Notes: generated by a model from the letters alone, not told the origin. A stretch of DNA of 64,000 nucleotides from Carcharhinus amblyrhynchos (GCA_965287045.1 OZ336876.1:43152001-43216000); one strand, 5' to 3'; numbered from the stretch's first letter, positions 24,800 through 39,140 are shown. Numbers and translations: made by a program.

Positions 24800-24990
24800 A
24801 GACTTACCCTAACTGCAGGCAGAAGATCATTTATCTTTTTTTGGGACTGTAGCCGTGTCCCCTTATAGAGCGAGCTGGCACTCGCAATCATGGCCACAGC
24901 CTCCCATGTGGGTGTTGGTGATCTTGCTTGCTGGATATCTGCCCAAACCAGGGTAGAGGATGTCATGCCCCTACTCCAGTCCATCCGCTC
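24800..24990 (-). pseudogene. Harbinger accessory Myb/SANT-like (trihelix) ORF remnant
   Basis: TWEAVAMIASASSLYKGTRLQSQKKINDLLPAVR followed by a gtaagt donor; fits W..VA..VS......RT..Q..KK..DL. It is convergent with the transposase, and the element terminus lies near 25312. Confidence 0.7.
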
Positions 24991-26279
24991 TGGTGAGGGC
25001 TCTCTCTGTGAACTGTGGTGCTATCTTTCTGGCTGTCACCACGCCCCCTCCCCTCCCCCCCACTACCAACTTGGAGCAAGTGCTGGGGAGGCATTTAAAT
25101 GGAGTGTTTCATTGATTGCAGAGATTATGTTATTCTGTTGAGCGAATCAGAGGCAGGCTGCTACCGGCATACTGTGAAACGTGTGAGGAAATTAATTCTT
25201 CTAAAAGTCGCTGAACAAATGGCGATTTTTCTTGCCGAAGATGCTAGTCGGAGTCTCTCCAGTTTTCTTACTGAAACTAACACTTCGGAAAAAACATTGG
25301 TAAATTACGTCCATCGCTTGAGGGATAGCAAACACATCAAGCATTGGGAAAGGCAAGGCAAGAAGACCTCCATGAATTACCACAGACTGTACTGGGATTG
25401 TGCCTATGCCTTCAATGTCATCTTGCAGCATCTAGCCCATTAACTTAACTAGCCTCCACTAACCCATTTATATTTGGAATCTTTTTAATGTGGCGCAAAA
25501 TGCCCAATATTAGTTTTTCTATAATTGGTTATGTGCAATGTGCATTATACAATGTTTTGCTATGTGCATCCAATATATGTTTATATATTTTTCCTTTGAG
25601 TACAATTTTTTTTCCTCATTCAGAAGAACTGCTAACATGATTAAACACTGAGTATATTAATTGTTCATTTTTTGAAAATGTTATAATGAATGTAATGGAT
25701 GTATATCCTGCTGTTCATTCTTCATTGTTGTGGGTTTTTAGGCAATGATAATTTTTTATTTAATAAGGTAATAAATTCTACTCAAACTGAGCAAGAAACT
25801 TTTGGATGAGATATTATTCTTTCGTAGATGTGGTTGGTCTATTGTGAAATGTTGCTGATATACTCATTGAAAGGTATTTGGGCTTAGCACCTAAACAACC
25901 AGTTATTTTTGCCTGTATTGCTGCAACTTTCTCATTGACATTTTTCCCTCTTATTCTGTCATGGTTTTGCTATCCTGTTCTTCATTTTTCAGCACATGTT
26001 TAGGATAGAATAAGCAGTAAATGCAAAATTGTAACACTTTTCACTTGAACTGCATCAATACACTCACAGAAAGTGCTCCCCTCAGTATTGTGTCACAATT
26101 AATCATAACTTGCTCATTTATAACGGACACTGGGCAGCCTCACTTCTTAGAAAACAAACCGTTGCTTTGCTTGCCACGTCTCCAGACCCCTCTCTGTCTC
26201 CACTTCACCGATTTCCTTGCTAACCCTTCTACTTGGCTCCTTCCTCTTGCCATCGCTCTCTCAGCAAGGACCAGGCAAG

Positions 26280-26500
26280 CATCGAGGGTTCGGGAGAGGA
26301 AAGTGAAGAGCAGGAGAGTCAGTGAGAGCAGTGGTGAGCAGGAGAGGGAAGCAGTGAGTGAGGAAGAGTCAAGAGAGGGAAGCAGTGAGTGAGGGAGAGT
26401 CAGGAACAGGTAGTGGTGAGTGAGGGAGAAGTTGTGGGCAGGCAGGTCAGAGGAGTTGGGAGAAGGCGGCAGTGAACAGGAGGTAAGTAAAAGCAGCAAG
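26280..26500 (+). repeat. Purine-rich low-complexity tract (possible LINE 5'UTR remnant)
   Basis: Repeated gagagggaagcagtgagtgag units; strong G/A strand bias. Confidence 0.6.
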
Positions 26501-26689
26501 TTAATAAGAGTTGTCAGTCATTAAGAGTTAGTAAGTTAGTCAAAGTTAAGCAGAGTTTTGGGTGAATTAGGCTCATAATGTAGCATTTAATGTAAAATTT
26601 ACATGTCAGGGACATAATCATCCTTAGTACGTTTTCTTACGGAAAAATGATTTTTGCTTCAAATGTTTTTGTTTAGCACCCAGTATTTT

Positions 26690-26790
26690 AGGGACAAAGG
26701 GTCTGCGGGACTCAAAAATCAGTTCTTTTCTCTCCTTACGGATGCTGCCAGACCTGCTGAGATTTTCCAGCATTTTCTCTTTTAATTTTA
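26690..26790 (+). mobile_element. Short repeat family B, degenerate copy
   Basis: ttctctccttacggatgctgccagacctgctgagattttccagcattttct. Confidence 0.65.
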
Positions 26791-27289
26791 GGGACAAATC
26801 AGGAATGCAATTTGAGGGAAAACAATACTGTACCATCTCCAGCTTTTCTGATATCATTGAACGTGTTTTCACCTTCTGAAACCATGCCTGTCTTTCATCT
26901 ATGTTTAAACCCCTCTAAACAGGTTTCAGCCCCTGCCAATATATCGTATATTAAATCCACAAATGTGACAGTGAGTGTGGTAAATTTTCTTTGATCATCC
27001 TGCCACGCTTGGTTGTTGCCTTTGACATGGTTGATTCCCTTTAATGCATTTCCTCTCTTATCCAGTTAGGCGGGTCTGCCCCTATTCCATTCCTATGTAT
27101 CTAATGCAGCAAATGAATCATTTGCAGTGACTTCTGATCATACTCCTGCAAGATTGATCCCAGAAGCAATCAAGGATCTATCCTTGATCTCCTTATTCCT
27201 CATCTATGTGCTGTCCCTCAGAGATATCCAAAAACAGTGGAATTTTCCGGCTGTTCTAACCAAGGGAGTCTTGGCCCAAAACCTTATAT

Positions 27290-27980
27290 CTACATTACCT
27301 GGTCTTTATGTGATCAGCTAATAGGAACAGCTTTTCTTTGTTCTTCGTATCTAAACCTGTCATAATCTTGTACATCTTAATCAGATCATGCCTCAATTCC
27401 CTTTGCTCCAAGGAGAACAGCTGCAGTTTCTCCAACCTAAACTTGTATCTAAATTCCTTTAGTCCTTGAATCAATCTGGTAAATCTCCTCTGCATCTTAA
27501 CTCCATTTCCTTCTTAAAGTGTGGTGACAAAACTGGAAATAATTCTTGTTTAAGCAGAACTTCATAAGGAGTCAGCATGACTTCACTGCTTTTGCACTCA
27601 AAACCTCTTAGTGAAAACCAAGATCTCACATGCTTTGCTAACTACTTTCTCAATATGTCTTGCCACCTTCAAGGATCTATGTATATGAATGAACATCTAG
27701 GTTAATCTGCCTCTGAAAACTCTGTATAATTGTACCATTAAATCCATATTACATCATTCCTATCTTCTTGCCAAAATTCAGCACTTCATTCTTTTCTAGT
27801 ACATTCAATCTGCCACGTGTCTGCCCAGTCTACTGTACCATCCGTGTCCTGCTGCAATCTATTGATACCATCGTCATGGTTTGCCACACCTCCAAGTTTG
27901 GTATAATTGACAAGCTTTATATCCAAATCATTTATATATACCATAAAAAAGCAGTGGTGCAGAACGCACCTTTTATCAAC
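27290..27980 (-). mobile_element. CR1 RT 3' fragment inserted in an L2
   Basis: ORF MQRRFTRLIQGLKEFRYKFRLEKLQLFSLEQRELRHDLIKMYKIMTGLD. Confidence 0.85.
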
Positions 27981-28034
27981 TTCTCCAATGCCTCTGAATG
28001 GTCAAGCTGCTTGCCTGACACCAGTAACTGGGCA

Positions 28035-28755
28035 AAAATATCCTCAATTTTGCGATGAGCAATGCCATTGTCTTCCTTCCCTGCCATAAAGTCTGTTCTT
28101 TAGCTACAAGTTCCATCCCTATCCCTGGTCAGTGTCTGAGGTTGAATCAGACCATTCACAATGCTGGTGTTGTATTTGATCCAGAGGGAAGCTTCTGACC
28201 CCATACTGTCACGCTCACATGGACCACCTACTTACACCTCCATGCCACTGCATATTCCACCCATGCTTCAGCTCATCTGCTGTTGAAATCCTCATTCATG
28301 CTTTTATTGCCTCTAGGCTTGACTAGAGTAGATCCTTGATTTCAACCTTGCAGACTTGAGCTTATCTATAACTCTGCCTCTGGTACCCTAATAAATATCA
28401 ATCTCTATTCACCATCTCATTTTTGTGGTCAAACTAAGTCAAATCACCTCCCTCTCTCTGTCACTCACTCCAGCCTGATAGCCCTTTGAGATACCTGCGC
28501 TCTTCCAATTTTGGTGTCTTCCATTTTCTCCGATTATTTTTGTTCCAGTGTTGGTGGCTGTGCCTTCAGTTACCAAGACCCCTAAGCTCTGGCATTCCCT
28601 TCCTAAATCTTTCTGGTGCTTGTTAAAATCTACCTCCTTCACCAAGCTAATATTGCCTTATATAGCTCGGTGTCAAATTTTGTTTGGTAATTACTCCTGT
28701 TAAGAGACTGAGGTAGTTTATGATGCTAAAGGTGCTATGTAAATACAATTTGTTG
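28035..28755 (+). mobile_element. L2 LINE 3' fragment
   Basis: tgttgaaatcctcattcatgcttttattgcctctaggcttgac (E.LIHAF..SRLD); gtggctgtgccttcagttacc...ctctggcattccct (AFS....LWN.LP-like); L2-type 3' end aaaggtgctatgtaaatacaa. Confidence 0.75.
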
Positions 28756-30946
28756 TTGTCAATTATCCATGCTATTTTTGTCTTCTTGAAAAATGCACTT
28801 AATCTTCTACTGAAAGGGGTTCAGGTTATATTGTCTTTCACAAGGCCATCCAGTTACCAATCACTGGCTGAAAATGAATTGTACAAAAAACTGTTGAAAA
28901 CTTGAGCTTGCAGTTCTCGTTGAAGTTTAAATAATACCCTATTATAAAGCAATCTCTTGAGATGTCAGAATGATTTATTTCAGCCATATAAAATGCTTTA
29001 TACATGCAAGACTATTTTGAATAATTGGAGAAAAGTCAGAGGTGATTAACACACTATATTTGCATTAAAGTCACTGTTGCTAAGGAGTACCATACAACTA
29101 ACAGTAATGGAATCACTTTGCTGGTCATTGTCAGAAAATAATAAAGTTTCCTTCAGAAATACATAGAAATATGATTGCAGTGGTTTCTGTGGAAAGGAAG
29201 GGTCATATTTTCTTTGCTTATTATAAAATAGGTAATTCAATTTAATTCATTATTGATTCCTCAGATGTTAGATTTTATTTTCAGTACTAACTAGGTAATT
29301 TGAAAAATGTAAGCATTGACTATTAAATGATCACATGAACAGAATCTTAATACTATGTGCTTACATACACTGTAACAATCACTGTTTTTCTCAAATTGTT
29401 TTCTAACATCACTCATAAAGCCAGTATTTTTAAATGGTACAATGCGGAATATAAGCACACAAAAATATTTAACTTCAGTGCTTTTTTCTAAATGTAAATA
29501 ATCTTGCATTTTAAAACATATGTAATGAATCTCAGAGAAGCTGCCAGCTGGAAAGTGTTATCCAAGGCTTCAAGTAGCAAGATTGATGTTAACAATTCAA
29601 AACATTTTAATCAGAAGGTTGCACCATAAGCATTAGATTCTGGGATAAGGTTGAGGTAATAGAAAAATAGATTTGAAAATAAATTTATGCCCTGGAATCA
29701 TGCTGAGCAGAAAAAAAATGTTGGATTTGTTAAGATTTATATATAGATTATAATGATTGTATAACAGAACAATTTAAGCAGAAGATGTTAGTGCATTTGA
29801 TTCTAACATTGCATATTACAATGACAATCCCAATGCTTTGGTGTTAACAATTAGGATTCTAGCACCCTTCAAGAATGTCCATCAACATTTTTCTTTCAAC
29901 AGTTGTTCCATACTTCCAAATTATTTAAGCCACTGGGTTGGATTTTCCTCAAGTGGACATTAGGCAAGCTGCCAATGAAACATGCCAGCTAGCTGTCTGA
30001 TGGACTGAGAATGAGGCCTGGATCATTTTGAGAACTCAGTCTCATTAGCATTGGGCTAGAGGAGTGAGCTTGCAGCTCAAGTGCCCCAAGCTTGACTGGC
30101 CTTTGGGTTGCAAATAGAGTGGCCCTGAGCTCCGGAGAGACAGGAGTGGGTGATGGGGGTCACCTGAAGATTGGATGCAATCCAGTACTTTCTGAAAACC
30201 CTGGAGGAACAATCCTGCTCCTTCCACCCACGTTAAAATTGGAGGAAATGGGATGCTCTTTGGTTAGGGATTTAGAGCGATAGTGCGCTGGGTGGAGGTG
30301 ACAATATCTCTACCTAATTCAGTCCAAGTACCAACTGGGGTCCTATCACAAGATCCAAGTACTATTGAAAATGCACTACCAGCTGACTCACAGGCAGCTC
30401 TGCCTGCTTAGTGATAGGCTTTCATTAACATTGCCATTATGATATTGGTAATGGGCAATGTGCCATAATTTTCTGGATGCTCGGGTTCTCTTTCTATTGA
30501 GAGCTGAAGCATTTTGAGAACTTAGATTCATCATGCCAGGAAACCTGAGCATTCAGTCTGTGTTTCTTTCTCCTTTCAATTTATGCCGTACTAACGAACT
30601 CCAAAATTATTTCCCTCCGCTAAACATTCTGTGAATTCACACGACAGTTAAAAACAACTCTCCAAAATGCTAGTTGCATAATAATTCCTCACAGCCACAT
30701 TGTGAAATAATAGTGGTTGGAAAATCATGTGCAGCACATCAGCATTAGTGTACAGATATGTACACTTAAGCAGGTGAGGCTTTTCATGTGCTGTGTACAA
30801 AGATTATCCTTTTATATATTTGTAACACATTTTGTTAACAAAAAAAAAAGCAAATTAAGTCGCAAACTTATCCATCCCACCATTTGACTTCACTGATGTC
30901 TCCTTCCTGCTCATGAAAAATCAGTGGCCTTGACCCCAGAGATACT

Positions 30947-31600
30947 GGGTGAAATTTTCCAATATTTTTTACTAAGTGTTGGTCTTGGTGAGAAAATCAC
31001 AGAGAAAAACGCCAGTGCCATTGGCGAAAAAAATTTGCTATCTATCAGCCTCTTAAAGGAAATTTTTTTTAATGAGTTTCACGCATTGCTTCCGATTTGC
31101 TTACCTACTACAACTTGATCTCTACAATCACTGGGGCGCGACATTTAAATGCCCTCCCCCAGCTTTTATTCAAGTCCAAATCAGGGGAAAGGCTGCTAGA
31201 AAGCTTGCACCACATTTTATCGAGAGAGCCCTCAGCAAACCTCCAGATGGGGTTGAGCAGAGGTGGGAAACTTTCTACCCCTGAACATGTAGATATCTAG
31301 CCAGCAAAGTGACCAACCCCACCTGTGAGACTGTGGCTGAAACTGAGAGGATGGAGCCTCAAAGCCAAAAGATGAATGGCTTTCATTGTGCAGCCTGGGT
31401 AAATCTACCTCCTCATGTCTCTCATTGCACCCCTGCACACACTTCTCAAACTTCCATGGAGATCTCATTCCCACTCATCTCACAGGCACTTGTCATGTGC
31501 TCCCCCCAGCCCAATAATCTCCTCAGTGGCTCCTGTGTCCCTCACATGCACATCCTAACTCACCTCCCACATATACCAGACTTCATTCCTATTTGAACTG
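30947..31600 (+). mobile_element. Second Harbinger copy (terminus plus Myb-like ORF remnant)
   Basis: Starts gggtgaaattttccaatatttttt; alignable by eye to the reverse complement of 25170-25312; carries TNPTCETVA...KMNGFHCAAWVN, a decayed version of the 24800-24990 peptide. Confidence 0.6.
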
Positions 31601-31627
31601 GCATGACTCCTGCCTGCATTCTCCCCA

Positions 31628-31900
31628 ACACACGGTAGCACAGTGGCTAGCACTACTGTCTCATAGCACTAGCAACCCGGATTTGAATCCTGGCATGGGT
31701 CACTGTCTGCATGGAGTCTGCACATTCTCCCCGTGTCTGTGTGGGTTTCCTCCAGGTGCACTGGTTTCCTCCCAGTCAGAAAGACGCGATGGTTAGCTGC
31801 ATTGGCCATGCTAAATTCTCCCTTGGTGTATCCGACCAGGTACTGGAGTGTGGCAACAGAGTGGGGATTTTCTAAGTAACATAATTTCAGTGTTAATGTC
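31628..31900 (+). mobile_element. V-SINE (tail type B)
   Basis: cacggtagcacagtggctagcact...gggtcactgtctgcatggagtctgcacattctccccgtgtctgtgtgggtttcctcc...ggggattttc..gtaac...cagtgttaatgt. Confidence 0.9.
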
Positions 31901-32849
31901 ACCCATGCAGTCCTGAATCAAGCACACAAGTTCGGAGTTACCTTCAGGGCCACAATCAATGTGTTCTAACCTCACAGGTGTATGAGACAATGCCACCCAT
32001 TATGTTGTGAATGCGATGGCTGATGAATGCCTCTACCCTCCTGCCTTGCATTAGTGACACTATATGCTTCTCTGTCCTGGTGAGATGGGGTAAACCTCGC
32101 TGTTCAATACTTGGGGGCTCAACTCCCAAAGGATTAACCATTGGGTGCCAATCAGTGGCAAATTCAAGCTTTGCAGGGCTGACTAAAGTGGTACAACTGA
32201 CTCATCAGGGAACTTGCCTCCCCACAAGGCAGGTGAGGCACAACTGCTTCATGTTGAGACAGCACTATGCAGTCACCTTCAACCTTAGGTAGTACCCTCA
32301 TTCCCCACTCTCCTGGGTTGTGGACTAAAAGAACCTCCCACTTTGAACAGCCACCCTGACTTTATTCCAGATGGTCTAGCCTCTATAACCAGACTCACAC
32401 CCTGAAGATGCACTTTGAAACCTGAGGTTCATTTTGACTGCCCTTGTCCTCCTCCTCCTGTGTGAGGATATTCTGCTCTCATGTAGCTGCTCAACACCCC
32501 TTGTCAGAGCCCCCCACTCTGCCCTTGAAACCTGGTGTTTCACGTGACCCCACACAGGGACCTCACAGTCATCCCTATGCTGACCCAGTGATTGCACCTG
32601 CTCCCACACACATCTAGTTGCCACTCTGGAAGGGCAATTACTCAGTGGAAAAATGGTCACAAGCCCAGCAAGGGGGACTGGAGAAGTGAAACCAGGCAAA
32701 CCAGCCACCAGACCTATTAAAACCTGGAGGACTATAGCAGTGAAGGGCTGCTAAGCTCTGTGAGCAACTCTCCCTTCCCAACACCAGACCCAAGTTGCAC
32801 CTATCTAGGTTCCTCTGTATCTTTTCTGGAGGCCCCTCTCTAATTTACA

Positions 32850-33112
32850 TTAGCATAGGCTTACATTAACACTACAATGAATTTACTGTGAAAATCCCTA
32901 AGTGGTCGCACTTCAGCACCTGTTCGGGTACACTGAGGGAGAATCTAACATGGCCAATGCACCTAACCAGCATGTCTTTCAGATTGTGGGAGGAAATCAG
33001 AGCACCCGAAGAAAACCCACACAGACACAGGGAGAACATGCCGAGTCTGCACAGACAGTGACCCATGCTGGGAATCAAACGCTGGTCCCTGGTGATGTAA
33101 AGCAGCAGTGTT
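32850..33112 (-). mobile_element. V-SINE (tail type B)
   Basis: Reverse complement of the same consensus as 31628-31900 and 60680-60965. Confidence 0.9.
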
Positions 33113-34267
33113 AAATCATTCGAATAAACTGCAACTGTAGAAATCAGGCTTCTCCAAGAAGGCCACTTCAGTTATATTGGCATAGAGACCTTCCAAGATT
33201 TTCAAATGATTTTTGTGCTAGTCAAGCTCACTTGCCAGCATTCTCACTCCAGGACAGAAGACTATGGTGTGGGTTCATATTTCAATACCAGGAAGCACTG
33301 CATTGTCAGAACGCTGCTAACTTGGACAGGCGCTAAAAACTGTAATGGGAAACAGTAGGCTCTGTATTGTGGAGGGATGAGACTAAATTGACTGAAGGGC
33401 CTTTTCACTGTAACTTGTCTTGAGATGGAACTGTTCATTTAAACATATTTGACCTCAGCTTTATAAATCTGATTTATAAAGTATATAATCTGTAGTATTT
33501 AAGTATTTCTTAAATATTACCTGCTCCCCTAATCATCCTATAGATAAATAAAGTGTTTAGGAAATAATGACAAAACCTTAATGAGAACTATTTGTCCCTT
33601 AGCTGCATCCAATACTAGAGAAGGAAATCTGAATACACGTATCAGATACTTATTTGCATGCAACTTACTTTGATGCCACTCTCTTCAAGTGAAATCGCTT
33701 GAGAAGTCCTGCAGAAAATTCTGATTCCAACTATGGACAATATATCAACTACCCAATGTCCTTGTGAGATGGTATTTGGGTATTAAATCCTGGAACATTG
33801 GTCTTATGAAATCCACATGGCTACTGTCAGTCACCCTCTATGTGAGTGTGACAGGAGATTGATGTTTGATGGTTGCATATTAGCCTTTTATTTCCTCTGG
33901 CTTGAAGATTTTGTGTGATTTATTAAGTCTTGCTGAAGATCAGTGAAAATCAAGGTTTTGAAAGCAGATAATGTTCACTGAGAGTTGAGAGTGATTATTG
34001 GAGGTTCTCTGAATCAGGTCAGGATCCTTTCTCCAGCAATCAGGTGCCAACCACTACACTTTGACCTGAACTTAAAGTAAATATTTAATTGTGTTGCAAA
34101 ATTTCAGTAGTCTGAGCTAAAACTTATACTGTGGCTGACTACAAATACTAATACTAAATTGTTGACGAGAATGAAAGATGCTTAAGGCAACAGAACTAAG
34201 TTTTCAATTTTCCAGTTGAATAGCATTGCTTATGCTAAGTAGTACTAAGAGGTATTGTGTCTGATTA

Positions 34268-34444
<177 letters not shown>

Positions 34445-34789
34445 TTACTTAAAATAAATTTATTACATGTGAAATTTTCTCATATTATTCCTTAATTCAT
34501 TCTGACAAAACTAAGACCTATAGTATTTTGAAATTGGCTAAGAATTATGAATATGGTATCTTATAGCACAATGTGTTCTGCTTTCTAGTGCATTTGATGC
34601 ATGTTTCTGCTTAAGCCTCAAAATCCTGATAGTTGGCCCTTCAGAAGCATGTCAAGCTTCAAGGAAATTGATTCACGTGGAGGAAAGAGCAAAAAGGACA
34701 AGACGATGCTATACAAGTCTTAATGCATCAACAAGGACATAAACTTTCAAGCCAGCTAACAGCACAGCATTATCAAATTGGTAATTATT

Positions 34790-35051
34790 CACAGAACCAT
34801 AGAATCCCTACAGTGCAAAAAGAGGGCATTTGGCCATTGAATCTGCACTGACTCTCTAAAAGAGCATCCCACCCTGGCCCCCCCATCCCAGCCACATAAC
34901 CGTGTGCATTTACCATGGCCAATCCGCTTAACCTACACATCTTGAACTGTGGGAAGCAACCGGAGGAAACTGGGGAGAATGTGAAAACTCAACCCAAGTC
35001 CAGAATTGAACCCGGGTCCCTGGCAGTATGAGGCAGCAGTGCTGACCACTG
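34790..35051 (-). mobile_element. V-SINE HE1-like (CR1-type tail)
   Basis: Minus strand ends cactgtagggattctatggttct and begins acagtggtcagcactgctgcctcatactgccagggacccgggttcaattc. Confidence 0.85.
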
Positions 35052-36834
35052 TCATTCGAATCACTGCTGTTTCCATATTATGCATATATATGAGGGGAGA
35101 CAAGAATATGGGAACTTCCACTCCAAGAAAATCAGCATCCCGGCCCAGGGCTAGCACCCTGATATCCATGAAAATTGCAGTAGAATTCAGAAAGCCTCTT
35201 CCTTTGACTGGTGATTTTGCAATATGCACAGCTGGTGAGTGAGGCTCATCATTAGCTTCTGATCATTAAGCTGGTTTTCTGGTATTTTCCATATGCATGT
35301 CTTTGCCTGTTAATTCATCTTAATGTACAATAATTATTTTGATGGAACATGTACAGTTTAATGGTGGTTAAACATATATTATAATAAATCATACACATAA
35401 CTAAATAATCTACTATTTTTGCACATTTGCAAATTGTCAACATCTCATTTTGAGGTATTTAAATGAAATATTGAGGAACAACATCAGTGCAGTGACTCAT
35501 CTCATCTTGTAAATAATGAAAAAACTATATCGTGAGACTTCAGAAATTGACTATATGTTACAATATATACAATGGACTATGCTGACGTGAAATGCAATAC
35601 ATGTGTATTTCATATGGTTTGGTTCCATCTCTCTCCATTCTGCAAAGATATTCCTGGTGGGAAACATATTCAATCACAGACGCTGCACCATGGGATAAAT
35701 GGCCACTGGTTTGATTCCTCAGGCTATGTTATCACTCACAGTTAACTATGTGAGCAGGCCACAAAATGGAAGGGGGGCAAAATACATATACACCCCTAAA
35801 CCTTTGCAGATGGCCATTGTGTCTGATATAGACCCTCAAAGGTAATATGCTTTCAAAGGCAAATGAATTTCATTTTCCTCTTTTATCTTTTCCTGCAAAT
35901 AAATCACATCCAGGTATTCAAACATATCATTTTCTAATAGTTCCAATACCTTAATCCGGTCAGTATAATTACTGGAGGTAGCATTTGTTCTTGAGATTTA
36001 TTTAATGGAACAAATAAAATACAATTGAATTCTTATCATCTTTCATGACTATGATGCTACTGTGGAATCACGTATTACTGGTTTGCGCCTGTAGTCTTCC
36101 AGGTGCCACACTGTTATGGATCAGTGTTGAGTGGAAACCAGCCGCTTAAAGATGAACATGGGTGTGACCTGAATAATTCACTCCACTCTGCCTCTTTGGA
36201 AAAGTGCCTTTCTCTCACTCAACATTTTCCCCTTCTTATAGTGCAGCCAAGACCAGGACCTGATTAGATAGGGGGCAAGCTGCTTTCTGATTTAGATTAT
36301 CAATAAATTAACACAAACCTTGATTAACATTCAGAGAAAGGAAGTATCTAATTTCCATAATGAATTAATTATAATCATGGATTATTTAAATAATAATGAA
36401 GTTCTTTTGTATAATTTTACCTCGTATTCTGCTGACACAGCGGATAATCAACATCTATTTGGCTGAAATGCTGCTTATGATTGAACAGGATGATAAGGGA
36501 TAATAATTAGCCAGCTAAATCTCATTGGTGTTCATGTGAAACATTGATAAAAGACTATGGCTTGCTTCCTTTTCATTTATTCTGAAGCTAGTGGCTGCTC
36601 TAATCCAGCTCAGTGCTTTCTGACATGTAAGAATATGTTCCATTCTCCCCTTCCACTGATTCTAGATAATGCTGCTCTCGGTATAATATGCAAATGTTTT
36701 ACACAATGGAATAAGTTAGGGTTTCTGATCAAGAAATACCAGCTGCCCAAAACCTCCCTCTGATTCATAATGTAAAGGTTTTGCATTTCAGCACATTTAT
36801 TCTCTACTGTTTATCTGCCTTTGGGCAGAGAACA

Positions 36835-36853
36835 AATGAATGAATGAATGAAT
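36835..36853. repeat. (AATG)n microsatellite
   Basis: aatgaatgaatgaatgaat. Confidence 0.8.
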
Positions 36854-37208
36854 AATTTTTTATACAAACTGGTAGCATAATGATAAAGCATCTCCTCACC
36901 TGTTTCCCAACAGATTGAATAGAAAAATAGGATAACTGGCTCTGAAATTCTGTGGAGCATTTATGGATTTGCTACAATTCCAGCAGAAATACTGACGCTC
37001 CAAAACATTGAGCACTGCAACATTGTAATATTAACTTTTTAAATGGTAACAAGCATGGACACCAAATTTCAGGGCCTTTGTTATGTATTCAAGTGAAGAA
37101 ATTGCTAGCAGCCTGCAGATCTAGTAAAGAAAACATAGCCTCTGACACTTTTGCTACAAGTACCTCTTATATGATGCAGTGTTTGGGAACCTGTGCAATA
37201 TCTCGTTA

Positions 37209-37445
<237 letters not shown>

Positions 37446-38399
37446 TCAAGCATCATTAACCACCACCCGCAGTGATTTGACAGCTACTTTTCTCTAAATG
37501 CCGAATGTATTCTGCTATTACACAATAAATAACATCAATTTTGCCAAGCAAGAAAAGCAATTCAATTGAACAAGTGTGCTTGTAACAGCCAATTACAACT
37601 GAAAGGTTTGAACAATACTAAAACGCAGTACTTATTAACACATTACACAGCAGGAGTTTATAGTTATTTGGTGTTGCTTTGCCTCCCTCTTTGTCCACGT
37701 TGGCTATTTGCCACCATGTAATCATTTTAGCCATTCTGAGAGTTTAGGACCTGGGATAGTCCAATTAGTACTGCTCTGCAGGGGAGCTAATAGAAACACA
37801 TCAACAGCTGTGATGGACATCAAACACATCAACCTATTATTCAGCATGTTTGAACTTGACACCTTCTGATTGACAATAAGTTTCTGTATTTGAATGTTTA
37901 CGGAACTGGCACAAGTTGATTTATCTTTAACTTTTTTCTCACAACTTCATCCTGCCCCTCCACACTCAGCATACTTCTAGAAATGTACCTCACCTCTGTG
38001 TGGCTCTTTAATTACACCTTGGCTACAGTCAAGAAGTTGCAGCTTGGTGGATCATTAAGCTGAACATGCATTTTGTCATTATACACTGATGGAGCTATCT
38101 CAGAAATGCCACTATTTCAAACTGGCAGTTTGAGTTCCTAATTTTAACCATGCAGTATAGAGAGGGAAGGCAGTGGAGAGGGAAGATGCTTTCCCACATG
38201 GAATGAAGGTGAACAAGAATCCAAAATTGTTAGATGCCATTCTCTTAGCTGCTAGTTGATGAGCAATGTCTGCTCAAGCTGGGAACACACTAGGGGAAGA
38301 GTTCATTTGGGCAATGTCATGTGTGGCAGTGCTAATGGTCCACATGGTGTTCTTCAGTGATACCATTGAAGAAACCTGCATGGGGAAGAAAACCACCTG

Positions 38400-39140
38400 G
38401 AAAAATGAAGTTCAGCATAGATAGATGTGGGGCATTACATTTTAGTCAGAAGAATAGGGAGGTCACTTATTACTTGGAAGTGGAACGAAGTAGTCTTGGG
38501 GTACATACACACCAATCATTAGAAGTCATGCCAGGCCATAAAAAGGGCAAACTAAGGGCTAGGTTTTATTTCTTACTGGAATAGAAATGAAGGATATGGA
38601 AATTAGGTCAAACCTGTGTTAAATATTGGTTAGACCGCACTTAGTGAAACTGCATGCACTTCTGGTCACTTATTATGAAAAGGGACATCAAGGCAAAGGA
38701 GAGAATGCAGGGTTGATGCCAGCAATGTGGGGATATACATATCAGGCAAGGAATAAAATAGTGGATTGCTAATCTTTTGACAAAAGAAGGCTGAGAGGTA
38801 ACATAATTGATGTCTTTAAAATTAAGTAAGATTTTGATAGGTACAGAGAAAGTTTCCTTATGTGATTAAGCCCATAACTAGAGGCCATCAATATAGCACT
38901 AATAAATCCAATAGGGAATTCAGAAGGAACTTCACCCAAAGAGTGGCAAGAATATGGAACTGCTATGACAGCAAGTGATTGAAGTGAATAATTTAGTTGC
39001 ATTTAAGTGTAAACTGGACAAGCATATGAGGGAAAAGGGAACAGGTATTTACGATAATAGATTTAGATGAGAAAAGATGTGGGGAGACTTGAGTGGAACA
39101 AAGTGTGGACTGCTTAGCCCAAATAGTCTGTTTTGTACGG
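38400..39140 (+). mobile_element. Decayed CR1 3' fragment
   Basis: MKFSIDRCGALHF; ttggttagaccgcactta (LVRPHL); agaaggctgagaggtaacataatt (RRLRG.I). Confidence 0.8.

Noticed and set aside
26021-26499. Overlapping 123-aa and 119-aa ORFs
   Set aside because: They arise from a purine-rich low-complexity tract; biased S/E/R or L/S composition and no domain.
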